Origin: a virus | Lineage: Duplodnaviria; Caudoviricetes | Length of the DNA: 64,000 nucleotides | Strand: one strand, 5' to 3' | IMG/VR virus record: IMGVR_UViG_3300032225_001437 | Span: 1 to 64,000 of that record | Program-made: the position numbers and the translations under genes | Notes under the pieces: model-generated | Seen by the model: only the letters and a program-made list of their open reading frames with translations | Told to the model about the DNA's origin: nothing | The model's database searches: none | Shown here: one piece after another, positions 1 to 11,079 of the stretch | How the letters are laid out: each line of letters opens with the position of its first letter | Position numbering within the stretch: position 1 is the stretch's first letter

Positions 1-2
1 CC

Positions 3-851
3 TTGGTGTCTGATGGGCGTAACCACTTTACTCACGCTCACGATAGTGCTCAACTATACCGGTTTGGTGAAACAAATCCCTACACTGAAGCGTTCTTTGA
101 GTGGTGGGAAACAGATCTACACCGGACTCTTCAAGAACTAAGAATCACCGGCGGCGAGCCATTGATGTCAGGCGAAACTTGGAAACTGTTAGATCGGTTT
201 AAAAACAATCAAGGCAAGAGTTCTACTCGACTGGCAATCAACAGTAACCTAGGCGCAGAGGTAGATGTGGACCGCTTGTTAGACAGTGTTGATGGGCTAG
301 AAGTAGATATCTATACTTCTATGGAAGCTATTGATCAACAGGCCGAGTATATTCGTGACGGACTAGACTACCCTGCTTGGTTACAAAATGTAAAGAAGTT
401 ACTAGAGTCAGATCGAATTCGTGCGGTACATTGTATGTGTACCATCAATGCGCTTTGCCTTAACAGCCTGGATACGTTGTTAGACCAGTTGGTTGAACTG
501 AAGAAAGTTTATGGACGAGAGCGTGTGAGTTTTACACTCAACATCTTGCGCTTCCCTAGCTTTCAAAGTTCATTGGTCCTGCCGGAACACCTGTTGCTTT
601 ATTATCGTAATCGATTGATCATGTGGACACTACAGCATCAAGAACAACCGTATATGCATGAACATGAAATCAATCACTTGAGCAGGTTAATTGAATATCT
701 GGAGAGGGTCGAAACTCCGCATAGCGATACATTTGAAATGCCCAAATTGCACAACGACTTTAAGCAATTTCATACTCAGTATGACCAACGTCGTGGCAAA
801 GACTTTGCGGCAACATTTCCAGTATTAAAAGATTGGTACAACACATTATGA
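3..851 (+). CDS. Radical SAM protein, C-terminal part (truncated by window start)
   Basis: ITGGEPL motif, INSN, EYIRDGLDY and C-terminal DxRRG shared with downstream paralogues. Confidence 0.8.
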   Translation: MVSDGRNHFTHAHDSAQLYRFGETNPYTEAFFEWWETDLHRTLQELRITGGEPLMSGETWKLLDRFKNNQGKSSTRLAINSNLGAEVDVDRLLDSVDGLEVDIYTSMEAIDQQAEYIRDGLDYPAWLQNVKKLLESDRIRAVHCMCTINALCLNSLDTLLDQLVELKKVYGRERVSFTLNILRFPSFQSSLVLPEHLLLYYRNRLIMWTLQHQEQPYMHEHEINHLSRLIEYLERVETPHSDTFEMPKLHNDFKQFHTQYDQRRGKDFAATFPVLKDWYNTL

Positions 852-1507
852 CCATTCTGGCATTTGGATGTTCAGTAACCCATGGCACAGAAATAGCCGC
901 CCCTGGGAATTCCAAAGACAACATACCTTACAGCTATCCGGCACTGGTGGCCAAACACCTTGGCGTGGATTGTGACAATCGAGCATTCTGCGGCAACAGT
1001 AACGAAAACATTTTTCATGAAGCTATGGATACTGTACCGCAATACGAACAGGTTACAGCAGTTGTGGTTGGGTGGACCAGTGTGGAGCGCGAAGTATGGC
1101 ATTGCGACAAACGATTGTGGCAATTCATACCATCATGGTGTGGTACTTCCACCAGTGCCTGGCAACCGTATACCTGTATTGTTTCAGGATCAGGCACAGC
1201 ACCACAAAAATGTGCCGACAAAGAAGAATACATGCCAGCGTTAGACAATATTTACAATCTGTTAATTAGTTATAAATTTGATTACGAAGTGTACCGTCAA
1301 AAAAGAGACAATTATGTTCGAGCATTGCGTTCTTATTGCAAGTTGAAAAATATAATGTTGTTAGAAACCTGTTGGTCAGACAACCTTGACGGACATGCGG
1401 TTAATATAGGAGCCATTGGCAACTGGTTTCCAGAAATGAAACGTCATCCCAGTGCCGAGGAACAGCAGTTGTTTGCTGACAAAATTATTAAACACTATGA
1501 GCTATAA
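848..1507 (+). CDS. SGNH/GDSL-hydrolase-like protein
   Basis: GCSVTHG block I, GNSN, C-terminal HPxxxxQ; ATG 848 overlaps the upstream TGA. Confidence 0.6.
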   Translation: MTILAFGCSVTHGTEIAAPGNSKDNIPYSYPALVAKHLGVDCDNRAFCGNSNENIFHEAMDTVPQYEQVTAVVVGWTSVEREVWHCDKRLWQFIPSWCGTSTSAWQPYTCIVSGSGTAPQKCADKEEYMPALDNIYNLLISYKFDYEVYRQKRDNYVRALRSYCKLKNIMLLETCWSDNLDGHAVNIGAIGNWFPEMKRHPSAEEQQLFADKIIKHYEL

Positions 1508-2784
1508 TGACTTTTAATTGGAACGACCGAACCCCACTTCACATAACACCGGAAGAACTAACGCCAGACGAAAAACATAAACTTATAAAAAGTAATGTTT
1601 TTTGCATTTTGCCATGGATCCATTTATCGCCAGAACCCGGCGGGGAAGTGTTGCCGTGTTGTATTAGCAAGACAGTAGTTGGTGATTCTAAAACACAGTC
1701 CTTGAAAGAAATTTGGAACAACACTCCAATGATGGAAATACGTAAAGCCATGCTGGAAGACAAGCCGGTTGAAGGGTGTCGGCAATGTTATGAAAGAGAA
1801 AACAGTGGATATCCTAGCCTGCGTAATGGGTGCAATCGAACCTATGGACACCATGTAAAAAGAACAAAAGGTACGCTGGCAGATGGCAGGTTGTCGTCGA
1901 TGAAACTCTACTATTGGGATGTGCGTTTTAGTAACATCTGCAATCTCAAATGTCGTATGTGCAGTTCCAATTACAGTTCAAGATGGTACGATGATGACAT
2001 TAAATTAATGGGCGGCAGCGCAAGACTGCAAGTAAATATGGCCGGGCGTGATGATCAAGACATGTGGGATCAGATACAAGAACACATTTCTTATGTTGAG
2101 CACATTTATTTTGCCGGCGGCGAACCCTTGATGATGGCCGGACACTACGAAATTCTTGAACGATTGATTGAGCAAAAAAACACCAATGTTCACTTGACTT
2201 ATTCTAGCAACCTGACAGAATTAAAATTCAAAAGTAAATCAGTGCTAGAGCTATGGAAACAATTTCCTAAGATTGGTGTCAATGCCAGTCTAGACGACAT
2301 GGGTGAACGGGCATCGATTATACGAACCGGCACAGACTGGGCACAGGTAGAACAAAACATTAGAGATCTCAAACGTGAATGTCCGCATATAGATCTCATG
2401 ATTGCCCCAACAATAAGTATTATGAACATCTGGAATATCTGCAAGTTCCATCACTATCTGGTAGATCAGAAATTAATGGAGCCCGATGGGTTTAACGTAA
2501 ACCTGCTGCAAGGACCTCCGCACTATCGCATAGATCTGTTGCCCATGGACATTAAACTGCAACTCAAACAAGAACTTGAACAACACATAGAATGGTTACG
2601 GCCATTAGATCCATCACAACGATCAACTGTGCAATTTGAAGGTGTTGTTGCTTTTATGATGGCCAAAGACAATACTGCTTTGTTGCCAGATTTTTGGAAA
2701 CAGACAGATGGATTGGATCGCATACGTTCTGAAAAGTTAACAGATATAGTGCCGGAATTACGAGCACTTGAACAATATAGATAA
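1507..2784 (+). CDS. Radical SAM protein with N-terminal twitch/SPASM-like Cys cluster
   Basis: CxLPW..CC..CxxC followed by CNLKCRMC and FAGGEP. Confidence 0.9.
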   Translation: MTFNWNDRTPLHITPEELTPDEKHKLIKSNVFCILPWIHLSPEPGGEVLPCCISKTVVGDSKTQSLKEIWNNTPMMEIRKAMLEDKPVEGCRQCYERENSGYPSLRNGCNRTYGHHVKRTKGTLADGRLSSMKLYYWDVRFSNICNLKCRMCSSNYSSRWYDDDIKLMGGSARLQVNMAGRDDQDMWDQIQEHISYVEHIYFAGGEPLMMAGHYEILERLIEQKNTNVHLTYSSNLTELKFKSKSVLELWKQFPKIGVNASLDDMGERASIIRTGTDWAQVEQNIRDLKRECPHIDLMIAPTISIMNIWNICKFHHYLVDQKLMEPDGFNVNLLQGPPHYRIDLLPMDIKLQLKQELEQHIEWLRPLDPSQRSTVQFEGVVAFMMAKDNTALLPDFWKQTDGLDRIRSEKLTDIVPELRALEQYR

Positions 2785-2789
2785 TAAAC

Positions 2790-4118
2790 ATGACTGATAA
2801 AATTATAGGCAAATACAATTGGCAGGACCGTATTCCCAGTTACATTCCATTGGAGCAGTTAACTGATGTGCAAAAGCATCGTCTAATGGAAAGCGAAACG
2901 TTCTGTATGCTGCCTTGGATACACTTACACGCATGGCCCGATGGTCGTGCTTATCCTTGCTGTCTGGGTAAAGCCCAGCACCCTGTGGGCAACTTTAAAG
3001 AAAAGTCGATGAAGGACATTTGGAACGACGAACCTATGCGTCAAATGCGTCGTAACATGTTGGCAGATAAACCGTGTGCAGAGTGCGGTGATTGCTATGA
3101 GCAAGAGTCATTTGGCTTTGCTAGTATGCGTAACAATAGCAATAAAAACTTTGGACAGCATATCGCTGAAGTAGAAGCTACATTGCCAGATGGGTCAACA
3201 CCTAACTTCCAGCTACACTATTGGGACGTTCGTTTCAGTAATATTTGTCAGCTCAAATGCCGTAGTTGCGGTAGTATCTTTAGCAGTCGCTGGTATGACG
3301 ATGATGTTAAACTCTGGGGCAAAGAGCTACGCCCACGTGTGCAGTTTGCTGGGCGCCACGAAGATGATGTATGGGAACAAATGCAAGAGCACATTCCTCA
3401 CTTAGATCAAATATACTTTGCTGGTGGTGAACCCTTGATCATGGAAGAACACAATCGCATATTAAATTTATTGATAGAAAAAGGCAACACCAATGTGCGC
3501 TTAATTTACAATACCAACCTAAACGAATTGCGGTATAAAAAAGAATCAGTGCTGGACCTATGGAAACATTTTCCTAACGTATGTGTGGCAGCCAGTTTAG
3601 ACGACATGGGTGATCGTGCCGAAATTATACGCTCAGGAACCGATTGGGCCCAGGTAGAACAAAACATACGCGATCTTAAACGTGAATGCCCGCACATAGA
3701 TTTTATGATTAGCCCTACATTGAGCATGATGAATATCTGGAACTTTACTCGGTTCCATCGTTACATGGTAGAGTCGGGATTTATTGGCGCACAGGACTTT
3801 AACCTTAATATCCTTCAAGGACCACAAGAATACAGAATAGACATGTTGCCGGCTGATATCAAACAACAATTCAAGCAAGATTTTGAAAAACATATTCGTT
3901 GGTTAGAACCCCGTGATGGAATACAACGAGCCACAGGTGGATTCCGCGGCGCTATTGAATTTATGATGGCCACAGACAATAGTCATCTGTTGCAAGGTTT
4001 TTGGGAAACAGTCAATGATTTGGATTGGAGCCGCTCTGAAAGTCTAGTGAGTGTAGTTCCAGAGCTAAAAGCCATTGAGCAATATCGTCCACGAGATAAA
4101 AGAATACCACTCAAATGA
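2790..4118 (+). CDS. Radical SAM (twitch) protein, close paralogue of 1507-2784
   Basis: CQLKCRSC, FAGGEP. Confidence 0.9.
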   Translation: MTDKIIGKYNWQDRIPSYIPLEQLTDVQKHRLMESETFCMLPWIHLHAWPDGRAYPCCLGKAQHPVGNFKEKSMKDIWNDEPMRQMRRNMLADKPCAECGDCYEQESFGFASMRNNSNKNFGQHIAEVEATLPDGSTPNFQLHYWDVRFSNICQLKCRSCGSIFSSRWYDDDVKLWGKELRPRVQFAGRHEDDVWEQMQEHIPHLDQIYFAGGEPLIMEEHNRILNLLIEKGNTNVRLIYNTNLNELRYKKESVLDLWKHFPNVCVAASLDDMGDRAEIIRSGTDWAQVEQNIRDLKRECPHIDFMISPTLSMMNIWNFTRFHRYMVESGFIGAQDFNLNILQGPQEYRIDMLPADIKQQFKQDFEKHIRWLEPRDGIQRATGGFRGAIEFMMATDNSHLLQGFWETVNDLDWSRSESLVSVVPELKAIEQYRPRDKRIPLK

Positions 4119-5335
4119 AAATTCCACACGATAAATTTTGCGTCCTGCCCTGGATCAGTTTAGAAGCCAGTCCAATTGGTACTGTGCGACCCTGCTGTTT
4201 AGCCGACGATGAACTAGTTGACGATGCTGGTAATAAGTTTAATTTAGCCACTGCTGATTTTAACGGGATACAAAATAGCAACAGCATGAAGACTTTGCGA
4301 CAAGACTTTATTGAAGGTCGTCAATCACAGACTTGTCGTAAGTGCTGGAAAGAAGAACGTGCTGGCAGAACCAGCAAGCGTATGCATACTCTGGATAGAC
4401 TCAAACACATGTTACCAGATCAGGAATGGACCGCAGATGCCAAACCATTGATGTTTCTAGATCTTAAACTGGGCAACATTTGTAATCTCAAATGTCGTAT
4501 ATGTGGATCATGGAGTTCGAGCACATTTGCCACAGAGGAACTACAACATCTGATGCGTAATGAAGATCGCAAAGATAACCATCATTATCATATGTTGCGT
4601 CAAGGCGCTTGGCCCAGAGAAAATCAACAGTTTTGGAACGAAATAGCCGGCATATCTGACCAGATACAGTATATAGAGTTTACTGGCGGTGAACCGTTTA
4701 TGATCCAAGAACATTTTGACCTGTTGCAAGGTTTGGTTGATCGCGGCCTGGCCAGCAACATAGAGATACACTACAATACCAATGGTACTCAATGGCCAGA
4801 AAATGCCGAAGCTATCTGGCAGCATTTCAAGATAGTAGAAATTGCGTTCAGTATTGATGATGTTGATGAACGCTTTGAGTACCAAAGATCAAATGCTGTA
4901 TGGACAGAAGTGATCACTAATATTGCTCGCTTCCGAGCCTTACGCAGTCGACACACAAATATACGTCTACAAATCTGTTGCACTATAAATGTATTCAATG
5001 TTTATTATTTAGAAACTGTGGCCACGTGGATTTTAGAACAGAAAATGGATTTTGTCTATTGGAACATGATGCACGATGCATATTTCTTCAGCATTAGCTC
5101 GCTGCCAGAACAGGCCAAACAAGTTATTGCTGAGCGACTGCTGACAGCCAACGTGCCGGAGCGAGTCAAGGAAGAATTTAATCGAGTTGCAGATTTTATG
5201 AACCGAGGCGTCAGTCTTGATGGTGAACAACTACGTAGAGAAGTCGGTAATTTAGATCGTCGTCGCAATCAAGACCTAAGAACTGTTGAACCAGAATTTG
5301 CTAACCTAATAAACTATGCCGGACCTCACGCATAA
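4115..5335 (+). CDS. Radical SAM (twitch) protein
   Basis: CNLKCRIC, FTGGEP, YNTNG. Confidence 0.9.
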   Translation: MKIPHDKFCVLPWISLEASPIGTVRPCCLADDELVDDAGNKFNLATADFNGIQNSNSMKTLRQDFIEGRQSQTCRKCWKEERAGRTSKRMHTLDRLKHMLPDQEWTADAKPLMFLDLKLGNICNLKCRICGSWSSSTFATEELQHLMRNEDRKDNHHYHMLRQGAWPRENQQFWNEIAGISDQIQYIEFTGGEPFMIQEHFDLLQGLVDRGLASNIEIHYNTNGTQWPENAEAIWQHFKIVEIAFSIDDVDERFEYQRSNAVWTEVITNIARFRALRSRHTNIRLQICCTINVFNVYYLETVATWILEQKMDFVYWNMMHDAYFFSISSLPEQAKQVIAERLLTANVPERVKEEFNRVADFMNRGVSLDGEQLRREVGNLDRRRNQDLRTVEPEFANLINYAGPHA

Positions 5336-6623
5336 ACCCGACACCTTGTGCATGGCACCATGGACTCATACATACCTTAGTCCACAAACAGAGCGTAGGA
5401 TGTGCTGTGCCAGTCGCGAACCTGCGCAGAGTTTTGAACAATACATAGACACCGAGTCTGGCACCGGTCGTTATCATCCTATTACCTTAGACGAACACTG
5501 GAATAGCGAACACATGAAGAGTGTCAGACGTCGTATGATGGCCGGAGAAACACTTCCAGAATGTGATGTATGCAACAGCAAATTGCTCAACACAGATGTT
5601 TACCGTAGTTACTTTAATCGTCTGTTTGGCCACAAATACGAAACCGCAATGGCCAATACCAAAGAAGACGGATCAACTACTGTAAAGCCTGTGAGTTGGG
5701 ACTACCGTTTCAGTAACTTGTGTAATTTTAAATGTCGCATGTGCGGAGATATGCTCAGTAGTTCGTGGGAAAGTGAACAACGTGCCAACAATATGATCAA
5801 CTGGGACAATCCCAAAAACAACTGGATGCGGCCCGAGGTTAGAGAAGAAATAAGTCGGTTCCAAGATACGCAAATTGAAGCAGAATTTGCTCAAGCGGTA
5901 GCAGAACATCGTGTAGAAGAAATATACTGGGTAGGTGGTGAACCCTTGATGTTTGAACAGCATTGGCGCTACATGAAACAAATAGTAGATCAAGGAGATG
6001 GTCGTCGTGTTTATGCAAGATATAATACTAATCTTAGCAGGGTTGATTATAGGGGTGTTAACCTGTATAGCGATATACTTGCTCATTTGCGAGATTGGCA
6101 AGTCTGTGCAAGTTTGGACGGTACTGGACCAACAGGCGAGTATATCAGAACCGGACTTGACTACGAGCAATGGCGTAAAAACTTTGCCATGGGACTGGAT
6201 ATATCCACCAACCGGAGACAAATGCGGATCGATTTTACCCTCACCCTTCCGGGTTTATTTGAAGTCAACAGTATACAAGCACTAGCCCAAGAGTTTGATG
6301 TAGACATACTGGCCAAGGTAATATTTGCCTTTAGCCCAGATATTATAATGAGCCCATTGGCCTTGCCAAGAGAGCTATTAGATAAAAAGGTCGACAGCCT
6401 GGTAGCCAACTTAAATAATGGAGCACTCCGAGATATACTGTTACAGTTGAAGAATCGTCCAACATTTGCTGAACAATGGCCCAACGAGTATCAAGCAGGT
6501 TTAATTAAAGGAAAAGAACGTATATTGCGATTAGAGCAAGTGCGTAATGACATCTATACGTTTAAAGATATACTGAGCGCAGACAACGAAATATTGGAAT
6601 GGTATGAATCGATTATTACTTGA
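5316..6623 (+). CDS. Radical SAM (twitch) protein
   Basis: CNFKCRMC, WVGGEP. Confidence 0.9.
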   Translation: MPDLTHKPDTLCMAPWTHTYLSPQTERRMCCASREPAQSFEQYIDTESGTGRYHPITLDEHWNSEHMKSVRRRMMAGETLPECDVCNSKLLNTDVYRSYFNRLFGHKYETAMANTKEDGSTTVKPVSWDYRFSNLCNFKCRMCGDMLSSSWESEQRANNMINWDNPKNNWMRPEVREEISRFQDTQIEAEFAQAVAEHRVEEIYWVGGEPLMFEQHWRYMKQIVDQGDGRRVYARYNTNLSRVDYRGVNLYSDILAHLRDWQVCASLDGTGPTGEYIRTGLDYEQWRKNFAMGLDISTNRRQMRIDFTLTLPGLFEVNSIQALAQEFDVDILAKVIFAFSPDIIMSPLALPRELLDKKVDSLVANLNNGALRDILLQLKNRPTFAEQWPNEYQAGLIKGKERILRLEQVRNDIYTFKDILSADNEILEWYESIIT

Positions 6624-7656
6624 TGTTATAGAAATAGATCTTGAGGACTTGACTGTATATGTTGATATATACGACTCTAGTCTTGGCCGCAAATGGTTGG
6701 CTAGTTTGAACGAGCTCATAGCCAATGACTATCATTTAGAAAAAAACTATTGTTTTTTTGGATTTGCTGATGGCCCCCGTAACGGTGCTTATATATGCGA
6801 ACAAATTAATCAATCAATTGCGGCCATAAACGCGGCCAATCTAGGCTACACAATTGACAATGTGTTTACTATTGAAAATACTTTACTGCCTACTCTTAAA
6901 GTCAACAGTGATAAGTTTAATCATTTACACAGATATTTTGAAGATTTACAAGGAGTAAGCGGCGCCATTAGCCCATATTACCTAAAAGCCGACGCTGCCG
7001 CACGATGGCATATTCGTCAACTTAATTTGTTGTGTCACGAATTTGAGTCTTGGTCAATGAGCAATCATAAAAAACATACAGCACCGGAATGGCAACGTCC
7101 CAGTCAGTTAATGTGTTGGCTTAATGCCCCACGTTTTGTGCTGGATGAAGAAGACTATGAATTATTTGGAGTCGACACTATCAATCGTCCATTAGGCGGT
7201 GTATTTGTAGGAGTAAACAAGGCCATTGGAAAACACCATTGGGAAGTATTTGTTGACGAAGCTGACTATAATCCCACGCACATTGCAGAAAATTTAACCA
7301 CTACTAGTCTGCGTAGTCAAACACAAGCTGCTGGAGACTTTGACATAGAGTGGGCAAATAATCCTGGAACTTTTCCATGGCAAATTAAACACCTGGAAGA
7401 TTTCAGAACTTGGTTGACTAACAATGGGTTAGATCCAGAAGACAAAAGTTTAACCATTGGGCATCCACAAGTGGGACAAGTTAATTTAAAGAAAACATTT
7501 GGTACAGAAGATTATGCCACAATATGGGCGCAATTAAATACTAGGCTTAATGTAACAGCTATACGCACCAGCGATGCCCGTGTTGAGTATCCATACAATT
7601 GGTCTGACGCAGACTACATGGAAACGCAAATAGCACGACTACAACAAGGAAACTGA
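6604..7656 (+). CDS. Hypothetical protein
   Basis: 350-aa ORF tiling the operon. Confidence 0.75.
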   Translation: MNRLLLDVIEIDLEDLTVYVDIYDSSLGRKWLASLNELIANDYHLEKNYCFFGFADGPRNGAYICEQINQSIAAINAANLGYTIDNVFTIENTLLPTLKVNSDKFNHLHRYFEDLQGVSGAISPYYLKADAAARWHIRQLNLLCHEFESWSMSNHKKHTAPEWQRPSQLMCWLNAPRFVLDEEDYELFGVDTINRPLGGVFVGVNKAIGKHHWEVFVDEADYNPTHIAENLTTTSLRSQTQAAGDFDIEWANNPGTFPWQIKHLEDFRTWLTNNGLDPEDKSLTIGHPQVGQVNLKKTFGTEDYATIWAQLNTRLNVTAIRTSDARVEYPYNWSDADYMETQIARLQQGN

Positions 7657-7657
7657 T

Positions 7658-7759
7658 ATGAACTGGATTAAAAACTTATACAATCGAATTCAACTAGAAA
7701 TACGTTATCGTAAAAAACTCAAAGAGCTTCGCAAAAGAGATCCGTTTATCTATAAATGA
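7658..7759 (+). CDS. 33-aa basic small protein MNWIKNLYNRIQLEIRYRKKLKELRKRDPFIYK (not in ORF track)
   Basis: AAGGA SD upstream, fills the gap exactly, ATGA overlap with the next gene. Confidence 0.75.
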   Translation: MNWIKNLYNRIQLEIRYRKKLKELRKRDPFIYK

Positions 7760-8406
7760 AAAAACGCTTGTTAACAATTGGATGTAGTTTTACCTACGGA
7801 GAAGAATTGTCAGATCCGTCTACACACAGCTGGCCTGCATTATTGGCTGACAAGTTTGACTATGACCTAACCAATCTAGGCAAATGTGGTGGCAGCAATG
7901 ATTACATAGTTAGAACGGCAGTTGAATACACAATTGATGATCGTTATGATTTAGTTGTGGTTCAATGGACCGAACCCAGTCGAGCAGAAGTATGGAATGA
8001 ATTAAATCGTGCTCCTGTAAATATTTCTGCTAATCCCAGTGGCGGCGTAGTAATCAATCAAGGACTTCCTTGGGTGCAGGACTATTACAAATACAGTTAC
8101 AATGAACTATTTGCATTTAGAACATGGGCTGTAAAAATATTAGCTTTACAACATTATTTTAACAGTGTAAATCAACCATATTGTATGGTTGGTGCATCAG
8201 GGTTAAATCCCAAAGGACATTGGCGAAATTTTTATGATCAGCTAAAGCACTTGTGGAATCAAGTCAGTGCAGATCATTATGTAGGATGGCCACATGTAGG
8301 TCTCAAAGATTGGTATATAAGTGAGCCTGTGGGCCCCGGTGAACACCCATTGGAATCAGGACATAGAAAGATAGCAGATGAAATTGCAAAACATATTAGG
8401 CATTAG
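7756..8406 (+). CDS. SGNH/GDSL-hydrolase-like protein
   Basis: GCSFTYG, GGSN, HPLESGH. Confidence 0.7.
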   Translation: MKKRLLTIGCSFTYGEELSDPSTHSWPALLADKFDYDLTNLGKCGGSNDYIVRTAVEYTIDDRYDLVVVQWTEPSRAEVWNELNRAPVNISANPSGGVVINQGLPWVQDYYKYSYNELFAFRTWAVKILALQHYFNSVNQPYCMVGASGLNPKGHWRNFYDQLKHLWNQVSADHYVGWPHVGLKDWYISEPVGPGEHPLESGHRKIADEIAKHIRH

Positions 8407-9838
8407 TGCTGGTTATCATGATGCGGCTGCCACTGTTATAAACAACCGTGGCGATATCTTATTTGCTGGACATGCAGAACGTTACAGCAAACGCAAAAAT
8501 GATGAAAACTTTTGTCAAGGCCTGTTGGATGAAATTACAGTGTATGGACCAGACGTAGTTGCATACTATGAACGTCCTTGGGCAAAACAAACAAGACAAT
8601 GGTACGCAGGACAAGGCATTGAATGGAACAAGTTAACAGTTAAACAGATATTGAAACAACAGCTAGGCGGCCAAATTGAACTGGATCATGTGCTGAGTTT
8701 TAATCATCATTTAAGTCATGCCGCTGCAGGCTTTCAAACTAGCCCTTACGATCGAGCTACAGTTGTAGTCATTGATGCTATCGGCGAGTGGGACACTGTC
8801 AGTATATGGGGCGCAGAATACAACAAGCAAGGCCGTGCTGTATATAAACGACTTTGGGTGCAAAAATATCCTAGCTCGATTGGGTTATTTTACAGTGCAG
8901 TCACTGGCCGCATTGGACTTAGGCCCTTAGACGAAGAATACATAACAATGGGCATGGCCGCCTGGGGCAAGCCCGATCATACAGACGCAATGGGTCCATT
9001 GTTAAAAGAAAATCTACATGTGGGCATTGATCCTGGGTTCTTGCCCATGGCCAAAGATGTAGATATTGCTGCAAGTGCCCAGGTAATTGTGGAACAAGAG
9101 ATATATAAAGTAATGCAACGAGCCAGAAATTTTAACTGGAGCCCAAATTTAGTTTATATGGGTGGAGTTGCACTCAACTGTCTTGCTAATAGAAATTTAG
9201 GTAATTATTTTGAACAAATATGGATTATGCCTTGCCCTGGCGATGCTGGCAGTAGCCTCGGAGCCGCCGCGCTGGCATACGGCAAAAGAATTAACTGGAA
9301 TAACGCATACCTTGGTCAAAATATCGGCGGTGAATACCCTGTTGATTCCGTCATCGATTGCCTACTCCGTGATCGAATTGTTGGTGTTGCCTCTGGTCGA
9401 GCCGAGTTTGGCCCAAGAGCTCTTGGGAATAGAAGCCTCCTTGCCGACCCCCGAGGATCTGATATAAAGGAAAAAGTAAATGAGATTAAACGTCGTCAGC
9501 AGTTCAGACCATTCGCTCCAGTTATTCTTGAAGAACATGTGGACAAGTATTTTATTATGCCACGTGGCTGGAGTGATAGTAGGTATATGCAAATCGTCGG
9601 TGTATGCCGGAACCCTGACTTATATCCTGCTGTTGTGCATCGTGACGGCACTTCACGTATACAGACTGTGCCTCAAGACGGAAGCGGAATCAGATCGTTA
9701 CTTGAAAAATGGTATAGTCTAACTGGTTGCCCAATGTTACTCAACACTAGTCTTAATATACGCGGTGAGCCAATGGTTAACGATCGAGCAGATGCCGACC
9801 GGTTTGAACAACTATATGGCGTAACAGTTTGTAGTTAA
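8378..9838 (+). CDS. Carbamoyltransferase (NodU/CmcH family)
   Basis: LGISAGYHD, HHLSHA, DAIGE, GGVALN, EFGPRALGNRS, NTSLN. Confidence 0.95.
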   Translation: MKLQNILGISAGYHDAAATVINNRGDILFAGHAERYSKRKNDENFCQGLLDEITVYGPDVVAYYERPWAKQTRQWYAGQGIEWNKLTVKQILKQQLGGQIELDHVLSFNHHLSHAAAGFQTSPYDRATVVVIDAIGEWDTVSIWGAEYNKQGRAVYKRLWVQKYPSSIGLFYSAVTGRIGLRPLDEEYITMGMAAWGKPDHTDAMGPLLKENLHVGIDPGFLPMAKDVDIAASAQVIVEQEIYKVMQRARNFNWSPNLVYMGGVALNCLANRNLGNYFEQIWIMPCPGDAGSSLGAAALAYGKRINWNNAYLGQNIGGEYPVDSVIDCLLRDRIVGVASGRAEFGPRALGNRSLLADPRGSDIKEKVNEIKRRQQFRPFAPVILEEHVDKYFIMPRGWSDSRYMQIVGVCRNPDLYPAVVHRDGTSRIQTVPQDGSGIRSLLEKWYSLTGCPMLLNTSLNIRGEPMVNDRADADRFEQLYGVTVCS

Positions 9839-11079
9839 CGGAGCCAAGGCGCCCATTCTGGAACCACTTCACGGAGTGGTTTTTTGCTGGCAGTATCTTC
9901 TCGTTTGATGTGTTGAACAAATCGATCTAATACTTCGGGCTTAAAAGTAACATGTTCAACAGTGCTGATCAATCGATCTATGGCCTGCACATAGTTTTGT
10001 TCATGGTTAGTATATGCTGGTGTTGCGTAATGTTCGTAACGTCGGCGTCCTTCTTGTAAACGATGTAATGCTAAGGCTGTTAATTCGGGAGGCATGGCAG
10101 TAACACCTAGATGCTCTTGAAACACATGACTTATACTAATAAACTTTAAATCGTTGGTATGACACCAATCAATAAAGTCCATGGCGCTTAATATATTAAT
10201 GGCAGTGACCACATGATTAACAATTTCATGAACTGGGCTTGCGTGTATCTTTCGAATATTCTCTTCAACAGTGGTCCAACGTGCTCCACGTCGCTGGTAT
10301 TCTATTACATCTCCAACTCCGTCAACACTTACAGTATACAACACTCGTTTAAACTGTTTAAATTTTTCTAATATGCTGTCAGGAAAATTACTGGCATTGG
10401 TCAACATGGTTATAATCATGTTTTTAGCCAATCCTTGTTCAATCGCATAATCAATCAAGCGATTAACTTCGGGTTGTAAGATTGTTTCACCTCCGGTAAA
10501 ACCCAAGATCTTAACATCCTTGATAACATCAAAGAAATCGCTATCCACTGGATTGATTTCGTATTTTGTTTTTATACCTTGTTTTATATCAAAAGTATAG
10601 CGTTGACTACTGGCACCACTGAAACACATTACACAGGCATAGTTACAGTAGTTACTGGGCATATAGTCCATTGCATACACACTGTCGGCTATTAGTCCAG
10701 CATCGACAATTCGTTTAACTTCTGCTAGAATATCCAAATCTAAATGCTCAAATAAGTATTCGTTATTGAGTTGTCTAGGACTGCTTGCTCCTACACGTTC
10801 TGCGTTAATACAAGTGGCGCACATGCTGGGCATTTGCCCATCTAGAAAGGACTGTCTTAGATTTTTCCAAACTGAATTATTTCTTGAGTCAGTGATGTTG
10901 GCATTTTGTATATCCCATTGAGGACCAGCTTGGATTATGCTACATGGCCTTACATGATTAGATACTGTTAGTTCTGGATCAACTACACCGCAAGTTGAAT
11001 AAAAGCTATTGACAAACGGAGCCAGACACATGCAATCACCATAGGCGTCATATAGCTGTTTTACATCAGCTTTGCTCAT
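9835..11079 (-). CDS. Radical SAM (twitch) protein
   Basis: CNYACVMC, FTGGE; start moved to ATG 11079 overlapping the upstream stop. Confidence 0.85.
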   Translation of the reverse strand: MSKADVKQLYDAYGDCMCLAPFVNSFYSTCGVVDPELTVSNHVRPCSIIQAGPQWDIQNANITDSRNNSVWKNLRQSFLDGQMPSMCATCINAERVGASSPRQLNNEYLFEHLDLDILAEVKRIVDAGLIADSVYAMDYMPSNYCNYACVMCFSGASSQRYTFDIKQGIKTKYEINPVDSDFFDVIKDVKILGFTGGETILQPEVNRLIDYAIEQGLAKNMIITMLTNASNFPDSILEKFKQFKRVLYTVSVDGVGDVIEYQRRGARWTTVEENIRKIHASPVHEIVNHVVTAINILSAMDFIDWCHTNDLKFISISHVFQEHLGVTAMPPELTALALHRLQEGRRRYEHYATPAYTNHEQNYVQAIDRLISTVEHVTFKPEVLDRFVQHIKREDTASKKPLREVVPEWAPWLR

